Made by a program: the position numbers and the translations under genes. Positions 8,195 to 18,501 of a stretch of DNA of 64,000 bases are shown here, piece after piece. The first letter of the stretch is position 1. Each line of letters begins with the position of its first letter. This stretch comes from an uncultured Thermoanaerobaculia bacterium (GTDB lineage: Bacteria; Acidobacteriota; Thermoanaerobaculia; Thermoanaerobaculales; Sulfomarinibacteraceae). The DNA is taken from positions 73,154 through 137,153 of the forward strand of contig CAYQTL010000003.1 in assembly GCA_964420405.1 (NCBI GenBank), read 5' to 3'. The notes under the pieces are model-generated. The model did not search any database. It saw only the letters and a program-made list of their open reading frames with translations, and was not told where the DNA came from.

Positions 8195-9868
8195 ATGGTA
8201 CCACGCCACACCCACCGGGCCGGAGGGCTTCCCGGGCGCCTCCTCGAGCAGCTCGACGAGCTGCTGCGGGCGGCGGCCGAGGACGAGTCAGGGCGACAGC
8301 AGTACCTGCTCCGAGCCTCGCGGCTGCTCGCCGAGCAGCTCGACGCCGACCGCGTCACGCTGCTGGTGCCCGCCGGAGCGGACACCTACCGGGTGGTGGC
8401 CGGGACGGAGGCCGAGTCGGTGGGCGACGTGCTCACCGCTGTCGACCGGTACCCCGAGCTCGAGCGCGTCCGCAGCACCGGCCTGCCGGTGCTGGTGGGT
8501 GACGTCGCCACCAGCGAGCTGTTGGCCCCGGTCCTGGCCGAGCGGCGCCGGGACGACGAGGCGAGCCTGATGGCCGCCCCGGTCCGGCTGCCCGCCGTCG
8601 CGGCCGTGCTGCGCGCGGCGTCGGGTCGCCGGTCGTTCGGGCGCGACGACCTGCGCCGGCTGATCGAGGTCGCCGCCCATCTCGAGCAGACCCTCGAGAG
8701 CGTAACCGCGCTCGAGTCCCGGCCGGGTGGGTGGGCGGTGGTCGCGAGGATGCTGGCCGACGCCGTCCTCGAGGTGGCGGTCGACGGCCGCATCACCGCC
8801 GTCCATCGCGGGCCGTCCAACCGTCTCCCCTGGCCGGCGGACATCGCGGGCTCGCTGGTCGGGCGGGCGCTGCACCATGCCGACGGCACCGGACGGCCGG
8901 TGCCGACGACCGACATCGTCACCGCGCCCGACCAGGCCGTGCTGACGCTCGCCGCCGTCCTGCCCGGGCGGGAACCGGTCCCGGTCCGGGCCATCGTCTC
9001 CCGCACCAGCGGCCTGCCGCCGCGGGTGCTGGTGGCGCTGACGACGGTGCCGGCGGCAGTGTCGGCGGTGCGCGACGCGCCCTCGGCCGAGGAGCGGGAG
9101 GCGGGCCTGCGCGCCCGCCTCGGGGAGACGCTCGCGGAGCTGGAGCGGCTCGAGCACCGCCTGTCGCAGGTGGAGACATCCCGCCACCGGTTCGTGTCGG
9201 CCTCGGCCCACGAGCTGAAGACGCCGATCACCGTCATCCAGAGCTACCTCGAGATCGTGCTCGACGACCTCGGTGAGGGCCTCGGCGAGGAGCAGCGCTC
9301 GTTCCTGACGATCGCTCACGAGAACGTGCTCCGCCTGCGCCGCCTGGTGACGGACCTGGTGGACCTGGCCGCGATGGACTCGGGCAGGATCCAGCTCCAG
9401 ATCGGGCGGGTCGAGGTCGGGCCGCTGCTGGAGAGGATCGCGGCCGAGCTGTCGCCCCTTTCCCGGCGTGCCGACATCGACCTCGCCGTCGAGATCGAGC
9501 CGCCGCCGCCGGTGGTGCGGGGATCGGAGGAGCGGATCGAGCAGATCCTCCGCGGCCTGCTCGACAACGCGCTCAAGTTCACGCCTCCCGGCGGCCTGGT
9601 GACGTTGCGCGGGCGCACCCGGGAGGACTCGGTGCTGCTCGAGGTGGCCGACACCGGGCAGGGCATCGCCGCGGAACGGCTCGACACCCTGTTCGACGAG
9701 TTCGTCCAGGCGGGGCCGTCGCTCGACCCCCGCCGCCGCGGCGCCGGGCTCGGCCTGTCGATCGCCAGGCGGGTGGCGCTCGCCCTGGGCGGCAAGATCA
9801 CCGTCGCGAGCCGCGAGGGCGAGGGCTCGACCTTCACGGTGTGGCTCCCCCGCTGGCCGGGAGAGTAG
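8195..9868 (+). CDS. GAF-containing sensor histidine kinase
   Basis: N-terminal GAF-like region, H-box FVSASAHELKTPITVI, HATPase_c boxes (LLDNALKFTPPGG, DTGQGI, GAGLGLSIARR). ATG 8195 is 25 nt after TATACT (8164-8169). Confidence 0.85.
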   Translation: MVPRHTHRAGGLPGRLLEQLDELLRAAAEDESGRQQYLLRASRLLAEQLDADRVTLLVPAGADTYRVVAGTEAESVGDVLTAVDRYPELERVRSTGLPVLVGDVATSELLAPVLAERRRDDEASLMAAPVRLPAVAAVLRAASGRRSFGRDDLRRLIEVAAHLEQTLESVTALESRPGGWAVVARMLADAVLEVAVDGRITAVHRGPSNRLPWPADIAGSLVGRALHHADGTGRPVPTTDIVTAPDQAVLTLAAVLPGREPVPVRAIVSRTSGLPPRVLVALTTVPAAVSAVRDAPSAEEREAGLRARLGETLAELERLEHRLSQVETSRHRFVSASAHELKTPITVIQSYLEIVLDDLGEGLGEEQRSFLTIAHENVLRLRRLVTDLVDLAAMDSGRIQLQIGRVEVGPLLERIAAELSPLSRRADIDLAVEIEPPPPVVRGSEERIEQILRGLLDNALKFTPPGGLVTLRGRTREDSVLLEVADTGQGIAAERLDTLFDEFVQAGPSLDPRRRGAGLGLSIARRVALALGGKITVASREGEGSTFTVWLPRWPGE

Positions 9869-10030
9869 CACCTTCGCGCCCGTACCCCCCGCTTCCCGAT
9901 CCCGACGGTGCCGCCGGCGATAGCCCCCACGAGCGGCGCCACCCACACGATCGACGACAGCGACCGGGGGCGGGTGCGGCGACGAGCCGCGGTCCCGGCG
10001 TGCGCTGCTCTCCGGCGGGACAGAGCACGC

Positions 10031-10053
10031 ATCGGGATCGGGATCGGGATCGG
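10031..10053. repeat. (GGGATC)n hexamer array, about 3.5 units
   Basis: atcgggatcgggatcgggatcgg, between convergent kinase and AI-2E genes. Confidence 0.9.
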
Positions 10054-10076
10054 AGGAGGCCTCGGTGCGGCCTCCT
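10054..10076. terminator. Hairpin between convergent genes (AGGAGGCC-tcggtgc-GGCCTCCT)
   Basis: 8-bp GC-rich stem overlapping the AI-2E stop codon. No U-tract, so function is inferred only from position. Confidence 0.35.
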
Positions 10077-11202
10077 AGACGAGCTCCCGGACGTACTTCT
10101 CGCGCGCCAGGCGCCAGAAGACCACCAGGAAGGCGGTCAGGGGGATCGCCAGGATCATGCCGAGGATGCCGGACAACGCCGTTCCCCAGAAGAAGATGGC
10201 GACGATGATCACCATCGGGTGCAGCCCCGTCCGGTCGCCCATGATCTTGGGCGTCAGCAGGTAGCCCTCGATCATCTGCACCGCCGCGAACACCGCCAGC
10301 ACCAGGGCGACCCGGAGCCAGCCGCCGCCGTCCTGGAGGAACGCCAGCGGCAGCGCCGTGCCGAGCCCGACGATGTTGCCGAGGTACGGGATGATGTTCA
10401 GGAAGCCCAGCACCAGGCCGATCACGAACCCGTACCGGAGCCCGACCACGCTGAACCCGATCGCGAACAGCAGCCCCTGCAGGAAGGCGATGATCAGCTG
10501 GCCGCGGAAGAACGCCACGATGATGGCGACGAACTCGCGCACCAGGTAGACGACGTCCTCGCGGGTGCTCTGCTTGAGAAACGGCAGGTAGTTCTCGAGC
10601 CTCTGGAAACGCGGCTCGACCAGCAGGAAGAACGCGAAGTAGACCGGAGTCACCGCCCACGCCAGCAGCGTCGCCACCGCCGACAGCACGTCCCTGCCCG
10701 CCGACAGGGCACGGGTCCCGAACTGCTGCAGCCCCTGCACCAGATTCCCCTGGCCGCCCTCCACCGCCCCCGTCAGGCTCTGCAGGATCGGGTGGCTGCG
10801 GATGAACTCGGCGACCTGCGGCGCGTGCTGCCGGACCGCCTCCACCGCCGACCGCCAGTAGCCGGGGATGCGCTCCACGAGGTCGCCCACCTGCTCGACG
10901 ATGATCGCGCCGAAGAACCAGCCGAACGCCGCCAGCGGGATCAGCACCGACAGGAACACCGCCACGATCGCCGCGACCCGGGGCAGCCGGGCGCGTTCGT
11001 GGAGCCAGTCGAAGTAGGGCTTGAAGACCAGCGCGGCCACCGCGGCGACGGCGAGCGGCAGGAACACGTTGGAGAACCGCCCCACGAACAGGCCCAGCAA
11101 CCAGAACAGCCCGCCGATGGCGAGCAGGATCACGAGAGCGGCGAGGATCGTCACCGCGGCGGCCACCGTCGCCCGCTGCCGTTCGCTGAGGTCGAGCTGC
11201 AT
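10075..11202 (-). CDS. AI-2E family transporter (PerM/UPF0118)
   Basis: 375 aa with about 8 TM helices. C-terminal FFWGTALSGILGMILAIPLTA is typical of the family. ATG 6 nt after TATCAT (11214-11209, minus strand). Confidence 0.85.
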   Translation of the reverse strand: MQLDLSERQRATVAAAVTILAALVILLAIGGLFWLLGLFVGRFSNVFLPLAVAAVAALVFKPYFDWLHERARLPRVAAIVAVFLSVLIPLAAFGWFFGAIIVEQVGDLVERIPGYWRSAVEAVRQHAPQVAEFIRSHPILQSLTGAVEGGQGNLVQGLQQFGTRALSAGRDVLSAVATLLAWAVTPVYFAFFLLVEPRFQRLENYLPFLKQSTREDVVYLVREFVAIIVAFFRGQLIIAFLQGLLFAIGFSVVGLRYGFVIGLVLGFLNIIPYLGNIVGLGTALPLAFLQDGGGWLRVALVLAVFAAVQMIEGYLLTPKIMGDRTGLHPMVIIVAIFFWGTALSGILGMILAIPLTAFLVVFWRLAREKYVRELV

Positions 11203-11384
11203 GGTCGAATGATACCGCGGCGCCGTTCCGTCCGAGCGTCACGGCGGCATCCCGTCGCCCGCAGTCGCCGGCGATCAACCGCAGAGGGCGCGGAGATCGC
11301 GGAGACGGGTCCCGCAGCTCGACCGGAAACCCCGTCCCTGCACACTCCGCGCTCCCTGCGGTGATCCCGGAGCAGCGGGCGGAC

Positions 11385-12257
11385 TCACCGCCCGGGCGAC
11401 GACGCCTCGGTCCTTGCGTCCGACGGGTCCGTCTCCGACGGGGCCACGGACGCGGCCTGGCGGATGGTGCCCTCCGGAGGCCACGACCCGCCCGGCCGCG
11501 GCGGCCCGGCCTCCGCGAGCTCGTCACGCAGCTCCCGAAGGAACCCACGGACCACGGCCGCCTGCGTCTCGCCCATCCGCACCAGATGCTGCTGGGCGAG
11601 CGACAGCCCCTCGAGACCGTCGTCGGCGAACGCCCACCGCCGCACACGGCTCTCCATCTCCACGTCACCATCCACCACCGGTGTCGCGAGGAGATGGTCG
11701 GCGGCCACGATCGCCCGGCCCACGAGCCCCGGGTCGGCCGCCTCGTCCGTCCGGAGCATCGCGGCCACGTCCGCGGCGGAGGTGCCGCGGACCGCCTCGG
11801 CGAGCGGCGTGTACCGCCGGAAGGTGCCGGCTGCGAGCACCAGCCGACCGTCGTCGGCACGGCGCACGAGCACCTCGTGGTCGGCCTCGACGAGCTCGGC
11901 GAGCTGCCGGGGCAGCCGCCCGGCAGCGAGGGCGCCGACCGTCGCCACGACGAGCTCGACCCGGTCGTCGGCGGGAGGAACCGCCGCCGTCTCGGCGACC
12001 CACGCCGGCCCGGGACCGGTGGCCGCCACGACCTCCTCCGACGGCAGCCGGCGGCCGGCCTCCGGGCGGTGGACGAGGTCCCGGGTGACCGCAGGGGAGC
12101 GGGGCGCGGCCGCCGCCGGCGGCGCCGGCCGGACGACCTCCCCGGCCACCCCGCGCCGCCCGAGTCCGATGTCCATCGTGGACACGGCCCAGCCGGCGGC
12201 CGCGAGCGCCAGCAGCCCGGTTCCGATCATCGCGAACAGCCTGTCATCCTCGTGCAT
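11385..12257 (-). CDS. Membrane-anchored hypothetical protein
   Basis: 290 aa. N-terminal anchor LFAMIGTGLLALAAAGWAV, normal composition, AAGGAGG 6 nt before ATG 12257. No recognised domain. Confidence 0.6.
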   Translation of the reverse strand: MHEDDRLFAMIGTGLLALAAAGWAVSTMDIGLGRRGVAGEVVRPAPPAAAAPRSPAVTRDLVHRPEAGRRLPSEEVVAATGPGPAWVAETAAVPPADDRVELVVATVGALAAGRLPRQLAELVEADHEVLVRRADDGRLVLAAGTFRRYTPLAEAVRGTSAADVAAMLRTDEAADPGLVGRAIVAADHLLATPVVDGDVEMESRVRRWAFADDGLEGLSLAQQHLVRMGETQAAVVRGFLRELRDELAEAGPPRPGGSWPPEGTIRQAASVAPSETDPSDARTEASSPGR

Positions 12258-12350
12258 GCTCGCCTCCTTTCACCACCGATCGTCGGCGCCGGGTGTGGCG
12301 ATCCGGCGCCGGAGGTGCGCCGGAGCCGTGACGATCCGGAGGCGGTTACG

Positions 12351-14120
12351 ATGGCAGTCGTGGCGACAGGACGACGGCGGGTGTGCGAGCTGCTCCGGGC
12401 GGGCGAACGCTGGTGGGCGTCGCCTCTGGGCGAGCCGACGGAACGCGAGCCGGCACCGGTCGACGTCGGCGCCGGGAGGGTGCGCGACGGCGACCTGGCG
12501 CTGTGCGCGGCCGACGGCGCCCGGCACCGCTGGCGCGTTGTCGGCGCACCGCTCGCCCGGGCCGGCGGGCTGCGCGCCGAGCTGTACCGGATCGCGATCG
12601 ACGCCGGCGCGGACCCGACCTACCCTCCGGCGGTCGTCGCCGAGGCGGCCGCGGCCCCGCACCGGATGGCGCTCGACGACCCCACGTTGGCGGATCTGCG
12701 ACAGCTCCCGTTCGTCACCGTCGACGCCTCCGACGCCCGCGACCTCGACCAGGCTCTCCACCTCGCGCGCGAGCCCGACGGCTTCGTCCTGCGCTACGCC
12801 GTCGCCGACGCCAGCCACTTCGTCCGTCCCGGCTCGGCGTTGCTCGAGGAGGCGCTGACCCGGGGCGCCTCCTACTACCTGCCCGGGCTGTCGGTGCCGA
12901 TGCTGCCCCGCACCCTCTCCGAGGGCGTCATCTCGCTCAACCCGGGGGTCGACCGGCGGGCGGTGGTGCTCGAGCTCCGGCTCGGCGAGGACGGCTCCTG
13001 CCGCTCGGCCCGCCTGGCGAGAGCGCGCATCCGCAGCGTCCGCAAGCTGTCGTACCGGCAGGTGCAGCGCCTCTGGGACGACCCCGGGGGCAGCCCGCTG
13101 GGCGCCGCGCCGTTCGCCGACTCCCTCCTCCTGCTGCGTGCCGTCGGCGAGCTGCGGCTCGCCGAGGCCCGCCGCCGCCACGTGGTGTCGTACCACCGCC
13201 GCGAAACCGAGATCCGGCTGGACGGCGACCGCGGCGGCTTCGTGGTGCTGGTCCGCGACCGGCTCCCGGTGGAGCGGTGCAACGAGCAGGTCTCCCTGCT
13301 GTGCAACGTCGAGTGCGCGCGCATGCTGCTGGCCAGCAGCCGACACAGCCACGTGCAGCCGGTGTTCCGGGTCCACCCCGCGCCGCCGCCCGCGGCGCTC
13401 GATCGGCTCGAGGCGATGATCGAGACGGTGGCGGCGGACCGCGCCCTGGACTGGCGGTGGCGGCGCGACCGCGGCGAGCCGCTCGCCGACTGGCTCGAGC
13501 GACTGCCCCGCGGCGGCCGCGACCGGGGCGTCGCCCTCGCCCTCGAGCGGCAGGCGTTGCTCGCCAACCGCCGCTCGACCTTCGAGACGACGCCCGCTCC
13601 GCACCACGGGGTCGGCGCCCCGGTCTACGCCCGCTTCACCGCTCCGATGCGGGAGGTTGTCGGGGTGTTCACCCACAAGGAGGCGCTGGAGGCGCTGGCC
13701 GGCGCCGACGCGGCGGCGCCGGACGTGGCCGATGTCGAGCTACGGGAGCGGGTGGTCGTCGCCGCGAACCGCGCCCGCGAGCGGCAGCGTTCGCTGACCA
13801 AGCGGGCCAACCGCGCCATCCTCGACCGGGTCTTCGGCGCCGACCTTGCGGCGGCGGACGGGCCCCCGGCGCGCCGCGGCACGGTCCTGGGAGTGACGGC
13901 CCGGCGGCTCTACGTCGGCCTCGACGAGCCACCGGTGGAGGTCAAGGTCGAGCTGGGACGGGACGGCGGCGGCTGGACGGTGGACGAGAACGAGGTCCAC
14001 GCCACGCCCCCGCCGGGCTCCGGTCTGGATCCGATCCGCCTCGGCGACCGCGTCGAGGTGGCCGTCGTCGGGCTCGACCGGGACCGGGACCGCTGGCGGT
14101 TCTCGGTGCGCCGGCCGTGA
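12351..14120 (+). CDS. RNB-domain exoribonuclease (RNase II/R family)
   Basis: RNB motif I FVTVDASDARDLDQAL (the last Asp of the usual DxDD is Gln here), YYLPGLSVPMLP, C-terminal S1-like segment. GGAGG 8 nt before ATG 12351. Confidence 0.85.
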   Translation: MAVVATGRRRVCELLRAGERWWASPLGEPTEREPAPVDVGAGRVRDGDLALCAADGARHRWRVVGAPLARAGGLRAELYRIAIDAGADPTYPPAVVAEAAAAPHRMALDDPTLADLRQLPFVTVDASDARDLDQALHLAREPDGFVLRYAVADASHFVRPGSALLEEALTRGASYYLPGLSVPMLPRTLSEGVISLNPGVDRRAVVLELRLGEDGSCRSARLARARIRSVRKLSYRQVQRLWDDPGGSPLGAAPFADSLLLLRAVGELRLAEARRRHVVSYHRRETEIRLDGDRGGFVVLVRDRLPVERCNEQVSLLCNVECARMLLASSRHSHVQPVFRVHPAPPPAALDRLEAMIETVAADRALDWRWRRDRGEPLADWLERLPRGGRDRGVALALERQALLANRRSTFETTPAPHHGVGAPVYARFTAPMREVVGVFTHKEALEALAGADAAAPDVADVELRERVVVAANRARERQRSLTKRANRAILDRVFGADLAAADGPPARRGTVLGVTARRLYVGLDEPPVEVKVELGRDGGGWTVDENEVHATPPPGSGLDPIRLGDRVEVAVVGLDRDRDRWRFSVRRP

Positions 14121-14192
14121 GCGGCGGCGGGAGGCGGCGGGGGCGCCACCCACGAGCCGCCCGCGGCTGACGCGGCCGCCCCCTCCGGGACG

Positions 14193-14651
14193 TCACTCGA
14201 TGACCGGTATCCGCAGCTTCTGGCCGACCCTGATCAGGTCGGGATCGTCGAGGATGTCGCGGTTGGCCTCGAAGATTCGCATGTACATGTTGGCGTTGCC
14301 GTAGTACCTCTTCGCCAGCGCGCCGAGCGTGTCGCCGCCCACGACCTCGTGGTAGCGCTCCTCCTCCTCGACGACCTCGGGCGGCACCGGCTCGGGCTCG
14401 CGGGCGGCCGCCGGCGGCGGCTGCACCAGGTCGACCCGGTTGATGATGTTGTCGGCCTCGATGCGGCGGTCGAGCTCGGCCATGACCCGCCGCTTGGCCT
14501 CCATGTCCACGGCGGTGCCGTGCAGCGTCACCGTCTTGCCCTCGACCTGCGCCCGCAGGTTCTCCACCCCGATCGGCATCGCCTCGACCTCGGCGACCGC
14601 CTCCTGGACCTTCTTCTCGAACGAGCCTCCGAACATGTCGAACAGACCCAT
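14193..14651 (-). CDS. ygaU: BON + LysM protein (Kbp/YgaU-like)
   Basis: MGLFDMFGG N-terminus, BON-like middle, and LysM end YYGNANMYMRIFEANRDIL..GQKLRIP closely resemble E. coli YgaU/Kbp. GGAGGA SD. Confidence 0.85.
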   Translation of the reverse strand: MGLFDMFGGSFEKKVQEAVAEVEAMPIGVENLRAQVEGKTVTLHGTAVDMEAKRRVMAELDRRIEADNIINRVDLVQPPPAAAREPEPVPPEVVEEEERYHEVVGGDTLGALAKRYYGNANMYMRIFEANRDILDDPDLIRVGQKLRIPVIE

Positions 14652-14777
14652 CTCGTCCTCCTTCCAGGCGTTCCTGTCGGACCCTGCAACGACGGTGTGG
14701 TCCGCTGCATTCTACCCGCGAAGCCCGGCGGCGCGGGAGGCGCGGCTATACTCGCCCAGCCGCGGACGGAGGACGGG

Positions 14778-17084
14778 ATGGGAGACGCAGGTCTGTACGT
14801 GGGCACGCCGCTCGAGGGGCCGGGCCGGACCCTCCTCGACGCCGACCACCTGACGACCCACGCGATCTGCCTGGGCATGACCGGCTCGGGCAAGACCGGT
14901 CTCGGCGTGGTCGTGCTCGAGGAGCTCGCCCGTCGGAGGGTCCCGCTGCTCGTGGTCGACCTCAAGGGGGACATGGTCAACCTCCTGCTGACGTTTCCCG
15001 GTCTCGACGGCGGCAGCTTCGCGCCGTGGGTCCCCGCCGAGGACATCGCCGGCGACGACCGCGGCGCCGCGGGCGAGGCGGTCGCCACGACCTGGCGGAC
15101 GGGTCTCGAGCGGTCGGGACTCGGACCCGCCGACGTCGCCGCGGTCCGCGACGGTGTCCGCTGGCGGCTCGTCACCCCCGGCGTCTCCGCCGCCGCCCCC
15201 CTCGACATCCTCCCCTCGCTCGCACCGCCGCCGGCCGGGCTCGACGAGGACGGCCGCCGCTCACGGGCCGACGGCACCGTGGGAGCGCTGCTGTCGCTGC
15301 TCGGCCGGGGCGGCGACCCGCTCACGGACCGCGACCACGTGTTGGTGTCGTCGCTGCTGCTGGAGCACTGGCGCCGCGGCGAGGCGCTCGACCTCGCCGG
15401 GCTCGTGCGGTCGACGGCCGACCCGCCGCTGGCGGCCCTCGGGGCGCTCCCGCTGGAGACGTTCTACCCGCGGGACGAGCGCATGAAGCTGGTGCTCGCC
15501 ATGAACACCCTGCTGGCGAGCCCGGCATTCGCCGCCTGGACCCGCGGCACGCCGCTGGACATGGACGTGCTCCTCGGCTCGCCGGCGGAGCCCGCCGCCA
15601 CGATCCTCACCCTCGCCCACCTCGACGAGCGCCAGCGTCTGTTCGTGCTGTCGCTGCTGCTCGCCGAGCTGCTCGCGTGGACCCGGCGCCAGCCCGCCTC
15701 CGGCGGCCTGCGCGCGCTGCTGTACCTCGATGAGATCCAGGGGATCCTGCCGCCCCATCCGGCGAACCCGCCCACCAAGGCACCGCTGCTGACGCTGCTC
15801 AAGCAGGGCCGCGCCTTCGGCGTCGGCGCCTGGCTGGCGACCCAGAACCCGGTCGACCTCGACTACAAGGCGGCCGGCAACGCCGGCGTGCAGGTGATCG
15901 GCCGCCTGATCACCGAGCGCGACCGCGACCGCGCCATGGACGGCCTCGGCCTGCGCCGGCTGCCGGACGGACGCGACGCCGACGAGGTCGTCGCCGGCCT
16001 CGGCAAGCGCCAGTTCGTGCTGGTGGACGTGCGCGCCTCCGAGCGCGTCCGGACGTTCGGATCGCGCTGGGCGATGAGCTACCTGCGGGGACCTGTCGCG
16101 TTGGCCGAGCTCGAGCCGTTGCTCGCGAACGGCGGCACCGGGTCCGCCGCCCCCCCGACGGCGCACGCGGACGACGCCGGCGCGGACCGCCCGCCCGTGA
16201 TCACGGCCGACGTGACGGCGGCGTTCGAGCCCGGCGCCACCGGCCGGCTGGTGCCGTGGCTGGCGGTGGGCTGCACCGTGCACCTGGAGCGGTCGAGCCT
16301 CGCTCTCGACCGGACGCTCGAGGAACGGTGGTGGGTCCCGCTGGACGGGGACGGCCGCGCCGACTGGGGGGCCGCGCACCCGGACGACGCGACCGCCGAC
16401 CTTCTCGACGACCCGCCGTCCGGGGCCCGGTTCCCGACCGCCGCGCCGGCGGGCCTCGCCGACACGGCCGCGGGGGCCGAGAAGGCGTTCGTCGACTGGC
16501 GGGCGACCCGCCCGACGGCGATCCTCGCCAACCCTGAGCTGCGGCTGTCGGCGGCGCCCGACGAGACCCGCGACGGGTTCCACGAGCGCTGCCTCGAGGC
16601 CGCCGACCGCGCCGACGACGCCCGCCAGGAGCGCGTCCGCTCGAGGTACGAGAAGCGGATGGACACCCTCCGACGCCGGCTCGAGCGCGAGCGGGACGAG
16701 CTCGACCGCGACCGGGCCCAGCTCGAGTCGCGCCAGGCGGAGGAGAAGCTGAGCGTCGTCGAGGGCCTCTTCTCGGTCCTGCTCGGCTCGCGCAGCCTGC
16801 GGTCGGCCGCCGGCAAGGCGACGTCCCGGGTCCGCTCCGCGGCCACCAAGCGGCGGATGCGGCAGCGGGCCGAGGGCGCGGTCGTCGAGTCCGAGAACGA
16901 GATCGAACGCCTCGACGCCGAGCTCGAGGACCTCGCCGAGGAGATGCAGGACGAGGTCGACCGCATCGCGCTCGAGTCCGAGGCTCTCGCCGACCGGATC
17001 GAGACCGTCGAGCTGCGGCCGCCGAAGACGCGCATCGCCGTCCGCTCCGTCCGCCTGGTGTGGCGCAGCCGGCTGCCGACATGA
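14778..17084 (+). CDS. HerA/FtsK-like P-loop ATPase with C-terminal coiled coil
   Basis: Walker A GMTGSGKTG, Walker B LLYLDEIQG, ATQNPVDLDYKA motif; Glu/Arg-rich coiled-coil tail. GGAGGA before ATG 14778; TATACT at 14747-14752. Confidence 0.8.
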   Translation: MGDAGLYVGTPLEGPGRTLLDADHLTTHAICLGMTGSGKTGLGVVVLEELARRRVPLLVVDLKGDMVNLLLTFPGLDGGSFAPWVPAEDIAGDDRGAAGEAVATTWRTGLERSGLGPADVAAVRDGVRWRLVTPGVSAAAPLDILPSLAPPPAGLDEDGRRSRADGTVGALLSLLGRGGDPLTDRDHVLVSSLLLEHWRRGEALDLAGLVRSTADPPLAALGALPLETFYPRDERMKLVLAMNTLLASPAFAAWTRGTPLDMDVLLGSPAEPAATILTLAHLDERQRLFVLSLLLAELLAWTRRQPASGGLRALLYLDEIQGILPPHPANPPTKAPLLTLLKQGRAFGVGAWLATQNPVDLDYKAAGNAGVQVIGRLITERDRDRAMDGLGLRRLPDGRDADEVVAGLGKRQFVLVDVRASERVRTFGSRWAMSYLRGPVALAELEPLLANGGTGSAAPPTAHADDAGADRPPVITADVTAAFEPGATGRLVPWLAVGCTVHLERSSLALDRTLEERWWVPLDGDGRADWGAAHPDDATADLLDDPPSGARFPTAAPAGLADTAAGAEKAFVDWRATRPTAILANPELRLSAAPDETRDGFHERCLEAADRADDARQERVRSRYEKRMDTLRRRLERERDELDRDRAQLESRQAEEKLSVVEGLFSVLLGSRSLRSAAGKATSRVRSAATKRRMRQRAEGAVVESENEIERLDAELEDLAEEMQDEVDRIALESEALADRIETVELRPPKTRIAVRSVRLVWRSRLPT

Positions 17085-17317
17085 GGGCGTGAAGGAGGGC
17101 CGGCGCTTCCGGTACCCGCCCTCGGCCGAGACGATGCCGGAGACGCAACGGTTCCCGGCCGCGTCACCTCCGGGGGAGCCGGCGGACGCCGGACCGTATC
17201 CGCACAGAGCCCTCGCACTCTCACACCTTCGCACCCTCGCGCTCTCGCCCGATCAGCGCGGGGACGGCCACGACGACGCCTCCGGCCGCCCGTGCGCCGG
17301 GCTTGCGGACGCCTTCC

Positions 17318-18208
17318 TCACAGCCCCCGCGCCCACTCGGGCACCAGGCGCGAGGCGTCGCGATCGGCGAGGGTGCGCTCCAGCAGCGCGAGCGCCGGCT
17401 CCCGGTCGCGCGGAAGCCGCAGCTTGAGCGGAAGGTGGTTGGAGGCGTGGTTGGCGTGGAACGGGCCACGGAAGCCCGCCATCTCCTCGAGCATGAAGGC
17501 GAGCTCCCGCAGCATCCCCCACCGGTCCGGCAGCTCGAGCCGGCCGGCGCCGACCGCGTCGTCCAGCTCGGTGCCCGCCACCGGCGTGACGGTCAAGGCC
17601 GCGGCGTAGGTCGGCGCCGAGTCCACCAGGAAGCGGCCGGTGGCGCGGGCGTGCCTCTCGGATCCCGCGATCCCGGCGAGGCCGAGCAGCACCATGGTCG
17701 ACAGCTTCAGGCCGGCCTCCCGGACCGCCCGACTCGCCTCGAGCTGACGCTCGACGGTGGCGCCCTTGCGGATCGCCCGCAGGGTCTCGGGATCGCCCGT
17801 CTCGGGGCCGAAGTAGACGATGCCGAGGCCATCCCGGCGCAGCCTCTCGAGGCCGTCGACGCCGTGGCGCAGGATCGAGCGGGAGTCGCCGTACAGCCCG
17901 ACGCGCTGCACGGAGGGCAGCGCGTCACGGATCGCGGCCAGGACCTCCGCGAGCACCTCAGGCGGTGCTGCGAGGGCGTCCCCGTCAGCCAGGAACACCC
18001 GCCGGGCGTGGGGCGCCAGGGTCGCCACCGCCCGGATCTCGCCGACGACGTCGGCCACCGGGCGGACGCGGTAGGCCTTGTCCCGGTACATCGCACAGTA
18101 GGTGCAGCGGTTCCAGGAGCAGCCCACAGTCAGCTGCACGATCAGCGACGCCGCCTCCGACGGCGGCCGGAACACGGGCTCCTCGTAGCGCAGGGGCCAG
18201 CCGGGCAC
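17318..18208 (-). CDS. Radical SAM protein
   Basis: Cys cluster GCSWNRCTYCAMY near the N-terminus, TIM-barrel-like remainder. Start moved to GTG 18208, 6 nt after TACGAT (18220-18215, minus), instead of ORF start 18286. Confidence 0.75.
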   Translation of the reverse strand: MPGWPLRYEEPVFRPPSEAASLIVQLTVGCSWNRCTYCAMYRDKAYRVRPVADVVGEIRAVATLAPHARRVFLADGDALAAPPEVLAEVLAAIRDALPSVQRVGLYGDSRSILRHGVDGLERLRRDGLGIVYFGPETGDPETLRAIRKGATVERQLEASRAVREAGLKLSTMVLLGLAGIAGSERHARATGRFLVDSAPTYAAALTVTPVAGTELDDAVGAGRLELPDRWGMLRELAFMLEEMAGFRGPFHANHASNHLPLKLRLPRDREPALALLERTLADRDASRLVPEWARGL

Positions 18209-18501
18209 GGGGATATCGTAACGCGGCGCGCCGGCGCGCTCCGATCCCGGGCTCGGCCCCGGGCATGTGTGACGGCACGGAGGCACGAGGGCATGGCGGC
18301 GGAGCGGGTCGCCCGGTGCCCGCCGACGGCCGAGATGCTGCCGCAGACGTGGCGACCCGTCGCCGCTTCGTCCTCGGGTGGCAACGGCCGCCGGCGCTCA
18401 CCCCAAGCGAACTTCGCACCTGCGCACCCTGCGGCTCACGGACACGCGATCCGCTCCGGCCCGTCACGACCGACGTCACCCCGGTGCTAGACTCGCCCGC
18501 C

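Noticed and set aside
8288-11860. 1190-aa ORF on the minus strand, the longest in this part of the track
   Set aside because: Extremely Arg/Pro/Gly/Ala-rich with no motifs. It overlaps well-supported genes (histidine kinase on the plus strand, AI-2E transporter in another minus frame). This is a typical GC-driven shadow ORF.
14778-17084. HerA-like ATPase as the core of a defence system (HerA with Sir2, a nuclease or DUF4297)
   Set aside because: No partner effector gene lies on either side, and the flanking genes are unrelated and differently oriented. I kept it only as a low-interest note.
17318-18286. Radical SAM gene as a RiPP maturase or part of a peptide-modification cluster
   Set aside because: No small precursor-like ORF, transporter or protease lies nearby. 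It sits alone between convergent and divergent housekeeping genes. Its start was also shortened to 18208.
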